64,000 nt of DNA from an uncultured Chloroflexia bacterium (GCA_963728205.1 CAVSIV010000002.1:64001-128000); one strand, 5' to 3'; counted from the stretch's first letter, positions 20,575 through 32,902 are shown. Made by a program: numbers and translations. The notes: a model not told the origin generated them from the sequence alone.

Positions 20575-21332
20575 CCGCTCCCGCTCGAGTCCGGCGCCGG
20601 GGCGGCGCGACGACGCTCGCGCTCCTCCCGGCGCGGCACGACCCACAGCCGGATGATCGACACGGCGATCAGCGCCGCCGCCAGCCCGAACCAGGTGGCG
20701 GCGTACTCGAGGTGCGGCGTCGTGTTCTGGAAGCCGATGTACTGCTGCAGCGGCAGCGCGCCGTTGTCGAACTCGAAGTCCTGCACGAGGCGGCCCTGCA
20801 GCACCGCCCAGCCCACGACGGGGTAGGGCAGCGTCTTCCCCATCGCAACCGGGTCGAGGTGCGACCAGGCGCCGTTCGGCAGCAGGTGGCCGCCGAAGTC
20901 GCTGGCCGTCACCGCCATCCCCGCGACGCTGCCCGTCGTCTGCGCCGCGAGCTGCTGCAGCACGGTCGCACGCTGCTGGTCCGGCATCCACCCGCGGTCG
21001 ACGAGCAGGGCCGGACCGCCCGGCGCCAGCAGCAGCGGCGTCACCGCTTCGACGCCGAGCGTGTCGAATCGCACCCGGTTCGCGACGAGCATCGTGTGCG
21101 CGTTGTCCCACGTGCCCGTCGCGGCGACGTGCCGCCATTCGACGTCGCCGGGCGCGCTGTCGAGCAGCGTCGTTGCGTCGACGGGCGCGGCCGTGGTGCG
21201 CGCGGTGCGCTCGGCGATCACGCCCTGCTTCCAGAAGTAGCGGTAGACCTGCCAGGTGCCGAGCGCGGTGAGGCCGAGCACGACCAAGACGACGGCGGCG
21301 ACGGCGGCGGCCGTGCGCGGGCGGACTGACAT
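20571..21332 (-). CDS. SURF1 family protein
   Basis: LGTWQVYR, LLVDRGW and HLEYAATWFGLA motifs. Confidence 0.9.
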   Translation of the reverse strand: MSVRPRTAAAVAAVVLVVLGLTALGTWQVYRYFWKQGVIAERTARTTAAPVDATTLLDSAPGDVEWRHVAATGTWDNAHTMLVANRVRFDTLGVEAVTPLLLAPGGPALLVDRGWMPDQQRATVLQQLAAQTTGSVAGMAVTASDFGGHLLPNGAWSHLDPVAMGKTLPYPVVGWAVLQGRLVQDFEFDNGALPLQQYIGFQNTTPHLEYAATWFGLAAALIAVSIIRLWVVPRREERERRRAAPAPDSSGSG

Positions 21333-21470
21333 GCGCGATGTGCCTCCGGATGGTCGGGGTATGGCCCAGTCTCGGACCGGTGCTCAGGACGCGCAACGCT
21401 CGGGGCGCCGGAGGTTGCCGCTGGCCCCGCGCGGGTGTCTGATCGGCGTGGCGGAGACCCGGCACCGGGG

Positions 21471-21524
21471 GACACGTGCTCGTCTCGAGACTGAAACATT
21501 GTTGAAACGTCGGTGCCGTAGCTT
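21471..21524 (+). promoter_or_regulatory. GlnR/OmpR-type direct-repeat box plus -10 upstream of glnII
   Basis: GACAC-n6-GTCTC-n6-GAAAC-n6-GAAAC (11-bp phasing), then TAGCTT at 21519-21524. Confidence 0.55.
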
Positions 21525-21582
21525 CTTCCCGTCACCACCCGGATTCAGCGGCGTCCCACGCGCCAGTCGAGATGGAGCATCG

Positions 21583-22635
21583 ATGACCCCTCCGTACCGG
21601 GCCGAATACATCTGGATCGACGGTACGCAGCCCACGGCCAAGCTGCGCTCGAAGACGAAGATCGTCGAGGCCGGCGACCAGCCGCCCGTCTGGGGCTTCG
21701 ACGGCTCCAGCACGAACCAGGCTCCCGGCAGCAACTCCGACTGCGTGCTGAACCCGGTGTTCATCTGCCCGGACCCGATCCGCGGCGGTGACGACAAGCT
21801 CGTGCTCTGCGAGGTGCTGCTCACGGACATGACGCCGCACCCGACGAATACCCGCGCGCCGCTGGCCAAGAGCGCGAAGAAGTTCGCGAAGCACGACACC
21901 TGGTTCGGCATCGAGCAGGAGTACACGTTCTTCGAGGGCGCGCGGCCGCTCGGCTTCCCCGAGAACGGCTTCCCGCCGCCGCAGGGTGGCTACTACTGCG
22001 GCGTGGGCGCGGACGAGATCTTCGGCCGCGAAGTCGTGGAGGCGCACACGAGCGCATGTCTCGCCGCCGGCCTCAAGATCGCCGGCACGAACGCCGAGGT
22101 GATGCCCGGCCAGTGGGAGTTCCAGATCGGCCCGGCCGGCGCGCTCGACGCGTCCGACCACCTGTGGGTTGCCCGCTGGCTGCTGTACCGCATCGCCGAG
22201 GACTTCGGCGTGTCGGCGACGCTGTACCCGAAGCCGGTGCGCGGCGACTGGAACGGCGCCGGCGCGCACACCAATTTCTCGACGAAGGAGATGCGCGAGT
22301 CGTACGACGCCTGCGTCGCCGCGGCGAAGGCGCTCGGCACGAAGCACGACCTGCACATCAAGAACTACGGCTACGCGATCGAGGAGCGCCTGACGGGTCT
22401 CCACGAGACCGCGCACTGGTCGCAGTTCCGCTACGGCGTCTCCGACCGCGGCGCGTCCGTGCGCATCCCGTGGCAGGTGGCCCGCGACAAGAAGGGCTAC
22501 ATCGAGGACCGGCGCCCGAACGCAAACATGGACCCGTACACGGTCACGCGGCTGATCGTCGACACGGTCTGCGGCGCGGCCGACGCCCCCGCGAAGGCAG
22601 CGGCCAAGAAGGCGCCCGCGAAGGCGCGCGCGTAA
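21583..22635 (+). CDS. glnII: Glutamine synthetase type II
   Basis: AEYIWIDG, WGFDGSST, NAEVMPGQWEFQIG, DWNGAGAHTNFST and EDRRPNANMDPY motifs. 350 aa fits GSII. Confidence 0.95.
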   Translation: MTPPYRAEYIWIDGTQPTAKLRSKTKIVEAGDQPPVWGFDGSSTNQAPGSNSDCVLNPVFICPDPIRGGDDKLVLCEVLLTDMTPHPTNTRAPLAKSAKKFAKHDTWFGIEQEYTFFEGARPLGFPENGFPPPQGGYYCGVGADEIFGREVVEAHTSACLAAGLKIAGTNAEVMPGQWEFQIGPAGALDASDHLWVARWLLYRIAEDFGVSATLYPKPVRGDWNGAGAHTNFSTKEMRESYDACVAAAKALGTKHDLHIKNYGYAIEERLTGLHETAHWSQFRYGVSDRGASVRIPWQVARDKKGYIEDRRPNANMDPYTVTRLIVDTVCGAADAPAKAAAKKAPAKARA

Positions 22636-22658
22636 GCGCGACGGCAACGGCGAACGCG

Positions 22659-22689
22659 AGAAGGGGCCCCCGCCGGGGGCCCCTTCTTC
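22659..22689. terminator. Intrinsic terminator hairpin after glnII
   Basis: AGAAGGGGCCCCC-GCC-GGGGGCCCCTTCT between convergent genes. Confidence 0.8.
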
Positions 22690-22694
22690 ATATG

Positions 22695-22726
22695 GCTCGC
22701 TTCGAGCGGCGCCGCTCGAAGCGAGC
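22695..22726. repeat. Perfect 32-bp palindrome without a loop
   Basis: GCTCGCTTCGAGCGGC|GCCGCTCGAAGCGAGC. Confidence 0.9.
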
Positions 22727-22729
22727 TCC

Positions 22730-23632
22730 TTATTCCGTGCCGGCCACCTTGCGCTCCTTCGGCGCGCTGTCGTAGCGGCCGCGGAAGTCGCGGAACGGCC
22801 CGTCGCGCCACTCGAGCGCGGCCTTCAGGCCCTCCTCGCGCACGTGGCGGCCCCACTCGCCGGCAGCCGGACGGTAGGCGCTCAGCGCCTGGATCTCCGT
22901 GCCGGACCACAGCCCGGTCCGGATGCCCATCACCTCGTACTGCCGGTTCACCGAGCGCTTTGAGTACATCAGCATGTCGTTGTCGATGTGCGCCATCCGC
23001 CGCGCGAAGCGGTCCGTGAAGTCCGCGAGCTGCTCCGCGGGGACGGCGTAGTTCGCCCAGCCCAGCCGCTCCATCTCCGCGCCGGAGATCGGGTCGCCGA
23101 CGAACGCGAACTCGCGTGCCTTCGCGGCCGGCAGGTACCAGGGCGCCCACATCATGTCCATCGTCGTCATCGCGCGCACCGGCGGGTAGCCGATCTGCGC
23201 GTCCTCCGCGACGACGCGGAAGTCGCAGATCGTCGCAAGCTCGGTGCCACCGGCCAGGCAGTAGCCCTGGATCGACGCGATCACCGGCTTCGCCAGCTCC
23301 CAGATCGCCCAGTTCGTCATCACGACGTGGCGCGACCACTGCTGCTGGCCGGGGTGCGTCGTGTTCGTGTCGGGCATCAGCGAGTGCCTGTTCACGTACG
23401 CCGAGTCGGCGCCGGCCGCGCGCGCGGGGGAGAGGTCGTAGCCCGCGCTGAAGGCGCGGCCGGCGGCGCGCAGGACGATCACGCCGACGTCCGGGTTCGC
23501 CTCTGCTTCCTTCATCGCGTCGATCATCTCGCCGCGGAGGTTGTTCGAGAGCGCGTTCAGCTTCTCCGGGCGGTTGAGGGTGACGAAGGCGACGCGGCCG
23601 TCGACCTCGTACAGGACGTCGCTGTAGGACAT
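22730..23632 (-). CDS. Enoyl-CoA hydratase/isomerase (crotonase) family protein
   Basis: TLNRPEKLNAL, AFSAGYDL and KPVIASIQGYCLAGGTEL motifs. GGAGG RBS. Confidence 0.9.
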   Translation of the reverse strand: MSYSDVLYEVDGRVAFVTLNRPEKLNALSNNLRGEMIDAMKEAEANPDVGVIVLRAAGRAFSAGYDLSPARAAGADSAYVNRHSLMPDTNTTHPGQQQWSRHVVMTNWAIWELAKPVIASIQGYCLAGGTELATICDFRVVAEDAQIGYPPVRAMTTMDMMWAPWYLPAAKAREFAFVGDPISGAEMERLGWANYAVPAEQLADFTDRFARRMAHIDNDMLMYSKRSVNRQYEVMGIRTGLWSGTEIQALSAYRPAAGEWGRHVREEGLKAALEWRDGPFRDFRGRYDSAPKERKVAGTE

Positions 23633-23728
23633 GGCGCCTCCACGGGCTGCGCGTAACGCGGGTCGGGACGGCGCGATGGTGTGCGCCGCGCGCGAGCGCG
23701 TCAAGCCGGCGCGGGGCGGCGCGCCCCG

Positions 23729-24952
23729 TCAGCCGATAGCGAGGGGAATGGTCATCTCAGCGGGCGAGAGACCGGAGTGCTGCGAGCGCTGGCGGAGGAA
23801 CCGCTCGCCGCCGGGGACGCCGGAGAAGCGCATCACCTCGCCGCCGAGGGCGAGCGCCGTGTAGTCGCCCACGCGCGCCCGCGTCTCGGCGCTGAGCGGC
23901 CCCGGGCCCATCAGGCGCAGCGCGTCGAGCTCGTCGGTCGCGAGCAGCAGCCACGTTTCGCCGAAGCGCTCGCGAAAGGCAGCCACGAACGCATCGTGGT
24001 CCGCCGGCGCGGAGCCCGGGTGCAGGTGGAAGTAGACGGCGCGCACGTCACCGGTCGGGTGGCAGCGGAGGAAGTCGAGCAGGACGTCCCCCTGCTCAAT
24101 CATGCGGTGGCCGCCGTCGACGACGTCGCGATGACCGTGGTCGGCGGTGACGATGAGGCGCGTCGGCGCCGGGAAGTCGGCCAGCCGCTCGGCCAGCGCG
24201 GCAAGCTGCTGGTCGAGCTCGCGGACCGCGGTGATGGTCTGCTCGTCGCCGGTGCCGAGGTCGTGCGCGAGCGTGTCGATGCGCGGCGTGTACCAGTAGG
24301 TGTAGGACGGGCCCTCGGCGGCCTCGATGCGCTCGGCGACGCGCTCCGTCGCCTCGCGCAGCGAGTCGTAGCCCGTGCGCGGGCAGCCGCCGCCGAGGTA
24401 GCGCGAGTACACGGAGTCGGTGATCGCGCGCGGCAGCACCATCTCCGGCGCGAAGCGCATGCGCGGCATCAGCGTCGGAACCGGGAAGACCTCTGCCGGC
24501 GGGATGCCCAGTTCGTCGAGCGGCTGTTCGTCGGCGAGGCGCTGGAACGGCAGCGGGGCGGCGACGACGTCGCGCCCGGGCAGATAGGTCCACCACCCGG
24601 TCGCCGCGTGCTCGGTCACCCAGCGCCCGGTGGCGACGCTCGTCAGTGAGACGGCGGTGGTGGGCGGGAACGGCGCAAGCAGGCGGCGCTCGAGGTGCGT
24701 GCGCAGCCACGACTCGGCCGGGAGCGCGTCGACGAAGTGCGTGCCCAGGCCGTCGGCGAGCACGAGGACGATGTGCTCGGCGCCGGCCAGCCGGGCGCCG
24801 ATCGCGCGCGCGTGCTCGCTCGGCTCGAGGCCCGCCACGCCGGCCGCTCCCGCGATGGCGGTGGCGAGATCGAGGAGGTTCGCGCGCTCGGCCGACGGCC
24901 GGACGAGGCGGCCGTCCGAGAACGCCGCAAGCAGCCGGTCGACGTCGCTCAT
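23729..24952 (-). CDS. Alkaline phosphatase superfamily / type I phosphodiesterase
   Basis: LADGLG, FPPTT, DTLAH, VTADHG and HSGLS motifs. Confidence 0.88.
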   Translation of the reverse strand: MSDVDRLLAAFSDGRLVRPSAERANLLDLATAIAGAAGVAGLEPSEHARAIGARLAGAEHIVLVLADGLGTHFVDALPAESWLRTHLERRLLAPFPPTTAVSLTSVATGRWVTEHAATGWWTYLPGRDVVAAPLPFQRLADEQPLDELGIPPAEVFPVPTLMPRMRFAPEMVLPRAITDSVYSRYLGGGCPRTGYDSLREATERVAERIEAAEGPSYTYWYTPRIDTLAHDLGTGDEQTITAVRELDQQLAALAERLADFPAPTRLIVTADHGHRDVVDGGHRMIEQGDVLLDFLRCHPTGDVRAVYFHLHPGSAPADHDAFVAAFRERFGETWLLLATDELDALRLMGPGPLSAETRARVGDYTALALGGEVMRFSGVPGGERFLRQRSQHSGLSPAEMTIPLAIG

Positions 24953-25028
24953 CGGCGCGAATCCCCGTTTCCCGTAGGGCGCTGCCTTGCAGGGTACCCG
25001 GACGGGACATCTGCCGGGTCACCGCAGG

Positions 25029-26351
25029 CTACGGATAGCGGTATTCGCGGATGCCGCGCATCGCACGCCAGATCACGAGCGTGGCGGCCACGCCGATCAC
25101 GCCGCCGAGCAGGAGCGTGTTCTTCGCGCCGATCGCGGCCGACATCACGCCGACCTCGATCGTGCCGGCGTTGTTCGCGCTCTGCGCGACCAGCGACTGG
25201 AAGCTGAGCGCGCGGCCGAGCATGCGGTCGGGGGTCGTGAGCTGCACCGTGACCTGGCGCATCGTCATGCCGACGGCGTCGGCCGCCCCCAGCCCGGCGA
25301 TCACGACGACGCCCATCCAGGTGGCCGTGCTGAACCCGAACGCGAAGAGCAGGAACGCGTAGGCGAGCGTCGCGTAGAGCACGATCATCCCCTTGGGCCG
25401 CACGCGCGCGAGGAACAGCACGACGAAGCTCCCGCCCACCGCGCCGAGCGAGTTCGCCGCGGTAAGCACGCCGACCGCGGCGGCCCCGCCGTGGTAGAGG
25501 CGGTCGACGAGCAGCGGCAGGATCTGCCGGTAGAAGCTCACGACGGTGATGCCGATGTCGAGCACGAACAGGCCCGGCAGGATCGGGTGCTTGCGGACGA
25601 ACTGGAAGCCGTCCCAGATCTGGCGCGCGGTGGACTCCTGCGGGCGGCCGGTCGAGCCTTCGGGGATGCCCGTCACGCGGATCGCGAGCGGCAGCAGGAT
25701 GCTCGGCAGCGAGACGAACGTGGTGACGACGAACGCGGCGGTCAGACCGAGCCACGAGACGACGCCGGCGAACAGCAGCGGGGCGATGATCGCGCCGGCC
25801 TGCTGGGTGACGGTGTTGGTGGTGACCGCGTGCATGAGGTGCGTGCGCGGGACGACCGTGCGGGTGAGCGCCGAGCGCGCCGGCGAGCCGAACACGCCGC
25901 TCACGCTGGTCACCGCGATCACGAGGTAGACGTGCCACGGCGCGAGCCGGCCGGCGACGGCGAGCACTGCGGCCGCCGCAATCAGAGCGGCCGAGACCGC
26001 CTCGGTGCCGGCCATCAGCCGCTTGCGGTCCGCGTGATCGGCGAGCGTGCCGCCGAACAGCAGCGCCGGCACCTGCACCACGAGCTGCACGGCGCCGATC
26101 AGGCCGAGCTGCACCGCCGAGCCCGTCGCCTCGAAGATGAACACGGCCGTGACCAGCAACCGCAGCTGCACGCCGACGATCGACGCGAGCGAGCCGAGCC
26201 AGAGCAGCCGGTAGTCGACGAACTCGAACGCGGACCAGGGGCGTAGCGCCGGCGGGTTTGTCTCGCCGGCGAGCACCGGCGCCGGTTCGAGTTCGGGTTC
26301 GGGTGCCTGCGGGACCGGCGGCGCGCGCGAGGGATCGGGGGCGTCGTCCAC
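25029..26351 (-). CDS. MFS transporter
   Basis: DYRLLWLG and GGTLADHADRKRL motifs with multiple TMs. GTG start at 26351 is inferred. Confidence 0.88.
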   Translation of the reverse strand: MDDAPDPSRAPPVPQAPEPELEPAPVLAGETNPPALRPWSAFEFVDYRLLWLGSLASIVGVQLRLLVTAVFIFEATGSAVQLGLIGAVQLVVQVPALLFGGTLADHADRKRLMAGTEAVSAALIAAAAVLAVAGRLAPWHVYLVIAVTSVSGVFGSPARSALTRTVVPRTHLMHAVTTNTVTQQAGAIIAPLLFAGVVSWLGLTAAFVVTTFVSLPSILLPLAIRVTGIPEGSTGRPQESTARQIWDGFQFVRKHPILPGLFVLDIGITVVSFYRQILPLLVDRLYHGGAAAVGVLTAANSLGAVGGSFVVLFLARVRPKGMIVLYATLAYAFLLFAFGFSTATWMGVVVIAGLGAADAVGMTMRQVTVQLTTPDRMLGRALSFQSLVAQSANNAGTIEVGVMSAAIGAKNTLLLGGVIGVAATLVIWRAMRGIREYRYP

Positions 26352-26359
26352 GGGCGGTG

Positions 26360-28450
<2,091 letters not shown>

Positions 28451-28629
28451 GCGGGCCACGGTACCGCAGGGGAGTGCGCGGGGGCACGGGTGAGGGCGAG
28501 CGCGGGCACACGCACCGGGCTCGAGCGGGGCCGGCAAGGGTCCGGTCCGAACGGCTGCCGGCTGACGAGCGGGGACGACCATCGGATCGAGCACCGGAGG
28601 TACGCCCCGCGCTCCCGTGGTCGATGGCG

Positions 28630-29430
28630 CTATCGGGCGTTGGCGAGGCGGGCCTGCACCGAGCGGCCGTAGCGGCCACGCGCGTCGAACTGCGAGAGCT
28701 CGACGACGCCGATGCCGCCGTCCTCGAGGCTCGAGTCGACCTGCAGGCAAATCCACTCGCCGACGGGCGGGTGGAGCAGGTAGAGCGTGATGTCGGTGTT
28801 GATCATCGAGCGCCCGCCGCCGTTCACGTTCACGTTCGCGAGCGCGTTGCCGAAGTCCGACACGGCGGCGGCGCGCTGGAGCGGGGTGAGGGGCTCGCCC
28901 TCGACGAGCGGCAGCGGCACGCGGAACCACACGGTCGGCGGCGCCTCGTCCCCGCGCCCGCTGACCCAGCGGGTCTCGACCAGCGTGTGGAAGCCCGTCC
29001 GCATGTTCGGCGGCGGTGCGCCGCCGAGGCGACCGCCCATCAGCGAGGTCGTCTCGATGCCGTCCGGGCCGCGCGGCCGCGGTGGGACCGCCGGGTGCGC
29101 ACCCGGCGGCTCCAGCCGTCGCAGGATCAGCGCGTGCGCGCGGGCCACCTCGACGCCGTCGGCGAGCAGCGAGGCGCGCATCGCGACGATGCGCCGCCCG
29201 GCGCGGATCGGCTCCGCGTGGAGCTCGAGCGGCGCGAGCGGGACGGCACGAAAGAGGTCGATGGTGAGTCGGACGACCTGCAGCTCAGGCGCGGAGACGG
29301 CCTGCTCGATGGCGCGCGCGAGCAGGCCACTCGGGGGACCGCCGTGCAGGACCTCGGATCCCCATGGGCTGGCGGCGTGGCGGGTCGGGATGAACCGGTC
29401 GCCGTCGCGTCGGAACACCGCGTCCGCCAA
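28630..29430 (-). CDS. Acyl-CoA thioesterase-like (double hotdog) protein
   Basis: SPW...[22 protein letters not shown] and INTDITLYL motifs. TTG start. Confidence 0.82.
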   Translation of the reverse strand: MADAVFRRDGDRFIPTRHAASPWGSEVLHGGPPSGLLARAIEQAVSAPELQVVRLTIDLFRAVPLAPLELHAEPIRAGRRIVAMRASLLADGVEVARAHALILRRLEPPGAHPAVPPRPRGPDGIETTSLMGGRLGGAPPPNMRTGFHTLVETRWVSGRGDEAPPTVWFRVPLPLVEGEPLTPLQRAAAVSDFGNALANVNVNGGGRSMINTDITLYLLHPPVGEWICLQVDSSLEDGGIGVVELSQFDARGRYGRSVQARLANAR

Positions 29431-29503
29431 GCGGGCTCCTGTCGGGAAGGGCCGCGCGGCCTCGCGCCACGCGGGGCCGGAGGGCGCGCGCCGGGTGGGC
29501 CGT

Positions 29504-29725
29504 CTACTCGGCGGCGGGGTCCGCTGCCTGCGGGTGCGGGTTCACGGGCGCCCAGCGCTTCGGCTCGTCCGGCTGCTCGTCCGTGTCTTCCGCGGCCGGC
29601 TCCGAGCGGCCGATGCCGAGGATGTCCTCCTTGAAGATCCGTGCCTTGTCGCGCACCGTCCGCGAGAACGGCGCGGCGGCGATGAGGGCCGGACCCCAGA
29701 TGTAGACCGGGCAGCCACCGGGCAT
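29504..29725 (-). CDS. Small hypothetical protein (73 aa)
   Basis: GGAGGAG RBS before ATG 29725 (MPGGCPVYIWGPALIAAAPF...). Confidence 0.6.
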   Translation of the reverse strand: MPGGCPVYIWGPALIAAAPFSRTVRDKARIFKEDILGIGRSEPAAEDTDEQPDEPKRWAPVNPHPQAADPAAE

Positions 29726-29816
29726 GAGCGTCTCCTCCACCGTGGTTCGCGAGCGCCTCGTCATGCTAGCAGGGGGCGTCACCTCCGGGAAATGCGCGGT
29801 GCACGCGGGGCCGCGG

Positions 29817-30800
29817 CTAGCCGTGGCGCGATGGGTCCATCACCGCCGCCGCCAGGATCTCGTCGGGCGACACGCTGCCGGGCGCGCCGCCCTCGCGCGC
29901 CACGGTCTCCGCGACCCGCGAGATGGTGCGGTTGATGGGCGTCACCACGCCATGGAGCATCCCGAGCAGCGCGATCTCGCCGTTCAGGTAGTCGGCCTCC
30001 ACGCTGCCGGTCGCGCGCGCGAGGCTCTGCCACGTGGAGCTGCCACCGCGCGGCGCGCCCTCCACCTCGCCGACCGGGACCTCGCGCGCAAGTGCGCGCA
30101 TCTCCTCGTGCGACGCGCAGGCGATACCGGCCGCCTCGAAGCACGCGAGCGCCTCCCCGCGCACGCGACGCATCAGCTCACTCGTCGCCTCTCCGGGCGG
30201 GCACAGCGCGTTGACCGCGTTGCCGAGGTTCTGCAGCAGCTTCCCGTACTTCAGCCGCATCACCGCCGGGTCGGGCCGGCTGACGAAGCCCGCCGCCTGC
30301 AGGTCGGCGCACACGTGCTCGGCGATGGCGTCGATCCCCGAGGGGAAACGGCCGAGGTCGAGCAGCCCGGGCACGCGCGAGCCGTGCAGGACGACCACGC
30401 CCGGCTCGAGGAACGTCGCCGGCATGTAGACGACCATCGCGTAGACCCGCCAGAAGAGGCGCGCGGTCATGCGCTCGTTGTCGACGCCGTTCTGCGCGCA
30501 CACGACCGGCACGCCGTTGCCCGCCGCCGCTCGCAGCGCCGCCAGCGCTGCCGCCGTGTCCTGCGACTTCATCGCGAGCAGCACGACGTCGTCATGTGCG
30601 AACGCGATCTCGGAGGGGTGGCCCACCGCCGGGACGGGGAGCGTGGTGTCGCCGTCGGGCGCGCGCAGGGTGAGGCCATCGGAGCGCAGCCGCTTGAGGT
30701 GCGCCCCGCGGGCGATCAGCACGACGTCGCGGCCGGCGGCGAACAGCCGCCCGCCGATGCCGCCGCCGATCGCACCCGCGCCATAGACGATGTAGCGCAC
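29817..30800 (-). CDS. Ketopantoate reductase (PanE/ApbA) family protein
   Basis: YGAGAIGG, LAMKSQD, AQNGV, KLLQN, SSTWQSL and EADYLNGEI motifs. Confidence 0.88.
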   Translation of the reverse strand: MRYIVYGAGAIGGGIGGRLFAAGRDVVLIARGAHLKRLRSDGLTLRAPDGDTTLPVPAVGHPSEIAFAHDDVVLLAMKSQDTAAALAALRAAAGNGVPVVCAQNGVDNERMTARLFWRVYAMVVYMPATFLEPGVVVLHGSRVPGLLDLGRFPSGIDAIAEHVCADLQAAGFVSRPDPAVMRLKYGKLLQNLGNAVNALCPPGEATSELMRRVRGEALACFEAAGIACASHEEMRALAREVPVGEVEGAPRGGSSTWQSLARATGSVEADYLNGEIALLGMLHGVVTPINRTISRVAETVAREGGAPGSVSPDEILAAAVMDPSRHG

Positions 30801-30938
30801 GCCGGCCCCCCTTCCGGCGGATCCTACGGCAGGCGTGGTACCGGGCCACCGGTGAGTGTGCGATGCTCGATGCCCGCCGCCACTCGGTGAGCGCAGCGCA
30901 TGACGCCGGCCCGCGCCGGCGCCGATGGGTGGAGTCGC

Positions 30939-31868
30939 ATGTCCGCGATCGTGCAGGGCCGCCGGCTCGTGCGTGCCTTCGGCGACCTCAGGGCCGTCGA
31001 CGGAATCGACTTCGACATCGAAGAAGGCGCCGTCTTCGGCATGCTCGGCCCGAACGGCGCAGGCAAGACGACGACGATTCGCATGATCTCGTGCGTGATG
31101 CCGATCACGAGCGGCGTGCTGTCGGTCGACGGTCTCGACGTGCGCTACCACGACCGCGAGATCAAGCGCCGGCTGGGCGTGGTTCCGCAGGACGACAACC
31201 TCGACGAGGACCTCACCGTGCGCAAGAACCTCGAGGTCTACGCGCGCTATTACGACGTCCCGCGACGGCTCGCGGAGCAGCGCATCGCGGAGGGCCTCGA
31301 GTTGATGCAGCTCGCCGACCGCGCCCACGCGCAGATCGACGACCTGTCGGGCGGCATGAAGCGCCGGCTCGTGATCGCGCGGGCGCTCTTGAACGAGCCG
31401 CGCGTGCTGATCCTCGACGAACCGACGACGGGCCTCGACCCGCAGGCGCGGCACCTGGTGTGGCGCAAGGTGCGGCTGCTCCGCGAGCGCGGCGTCACGA
31501 TCCTGCTGACGACGCACTACATGGACGAGGCCGAGCACCTCTGCGACCGGCTCATGATCATGGACCACGGCCGCTGCCTCGCCGAGGGCTCGCCGCGGCA
31601 GCTGATCGACCAGTACGCGGGCAAGGACGTGCTCGAGGTCCACCCGACGCCGGCGCAGCGCGACGCCGTCGTCGCCTACCTGGAGCCGGCCGTCGCGGGT
31701 CGCGGCCGCATCGAGGAGATCGAGGACGTGATCTACGCGTTCGGCGCGACCGACGAGCACGCGCACCACCTCGAGCAGATGGTGGGCGATCCGTACCGCG
31801 TGCACTTCCGGCGGTCGAACCTCGAGGACGTCTTCCTCACGCTGACGGGACGGGCGCTGGTCGAATGA
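30939..31868 (+). CDS. ABC exporter ATP-binding protein (NodI/DrrA-like)
   Basis: GPNGAGKTT, LSGGMKRR, LDEPTTGLD and TTHYMDEA motifs. Confidence 0.93.
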   Translation: MSAIVQGRRLVRAFGDLRAVDGIDFDIEEGAVFGMLGPNGAGKTTTIRMISCVMPITSGVLSVDGLDVRYHDREIKRRLGVVPQDDNLDEDLTVRKNLEVYARYYDVPRRLAEQRIAEGLELMQLADRAHAQIDDLSGGMKRRLVIARALLNEPRVLILDEPTTGLDPQARHLVWRKVRLLRERGVTILLTTHYMDEAEHLCDRLMIMDHGRCLAEGSPRQLIDQYAGKDVLEVHPTPAQRDAVVAYLEPAVAGRGRIEEIEDVIYAFGATDEHAHHLEQMVGDPYRVHFRRSNLEDVFLTLTGRALVE

Positions 31869-32734
31869 CGGAACGCACGATGACACCGGAGATCGGCGAG
31901 GCGGCGCACACGGGGGCGCTTGCCCCGGCGGAGTGGGGCGTGATCCCGCTGCTCGGCGTCGCGCTGCCGGGGCGCCATTCGCTGCGCGTCTGGCAGCGCA
32001 ACCGCGACGTCTTCTTCCAGCTGTGGAAGGCCGAGCTGGTCCCGCCGGTGATGGAACCGATCATCATGTTCCTGGCTCTCGGGCTGGGGCTGGGCACCTA
32101 CGTGCAGCTCGGCGGTAATACCGACTACATCCAGTTCCTCGGCCCGGGCGTGATGGCGATGTTCGCAATGTTCGCCGCGGTGTTCGAGGCGCTCTGGGGG
32201 GCGTACTTCCGGCTCGACCGGCACGGGACGTACCAGGCGATCCTTGCGACGCCGACCCGCCCCGAGGAGATCACGGCGGGCGAGGTGCTGTGGGCGGCGT
32301 CGCGAGGGACGATCAACGCGGCGCTGATCCTCCTGGTGATGCTGGCGTTGACACCGGTCTATCACCTGGTGTCGTCGCCGCTCGTCATCTTCACGATCCC
32401 GCTCGCCTTCGGCGCGGGGATCATCTTCGCCAGCGCCGGCCAGGCGTACGTCAGCCAGGCGCACTCGGTCAGCCAGCTGACGTACTTCTTCAGCCTGTTC
32501 ATCCTGCCGATGTTCTGGTTCAGCGGTGGCTTCTTTCCGCTGGACGGCCTGCCCCGCTGGGCGGTGGTGGCGGCCTGGTTCACGCCGCTCTACCACGCAG
32601 TCGAGCTGAATCGGCAGCTGATCACCGGCAACGTGGGATGGAGCGCGCTCGGACACCTGGCCTGGCTCGTCGTCGTCGCGTTCCCGCTGTTCTGGCTCGC
32701 TCTGCGCCTGATGCGCCGCCGGGTCATCGTCTAG
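31865..32734 (+). CDS. ABC-2 type permease (NodJ-like)
   Basis: ATGA overlap with the ATPase gene. VWQRN, PMFWFSGGFFP and PLYHAVEL motifs. Confidence 0.9.
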   Translation: MTERTMTPEIGEAAHTGALAPAEWGVIPLLGVALPGRHSLRVWQRNRDVFFQLWKAELVPPVMEPIIMFLALGLGLGTYVQLGGNTDYIQFLGPGVMAMFAMFAAVFEALWGAYFRLDRHGTYQAILATPTRPEEITAGEVLWAASRGTINAALILLVMLALTPVYHLVSSPLVIFTIPLAFGAGIIFASAGQAYVSQAHSVSQLTYFFSLFILPMFWFSGGFFPLDGLPRWAVVAAWFTPLYHAVELNRQLITGNVGWSALGHLAWLVVVAFPLFWLALRLMRRRVIV

Positions 32735-32902
32735 CTCTTCCGCGCTCGCGGATCCGCCGGTGCCCGCCGTCCGTGCTGCGCCACCGGCGCCGAATGCAAC
32801 GAAGCCGTTACGCGGCGGCGCCTCCGGCGATCACGGCTGCAACGGTCCCGTCCGTATTCTCCGTCCGCATGGAGGCAGACCACCCGACCCGGCCTCCAAC
32901 CC

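Noticed and set aside
30939-32734. Nodulation (nodIJ) function
   Set aside because: Generic ABC-2 exporter family, with no nodABC genes.
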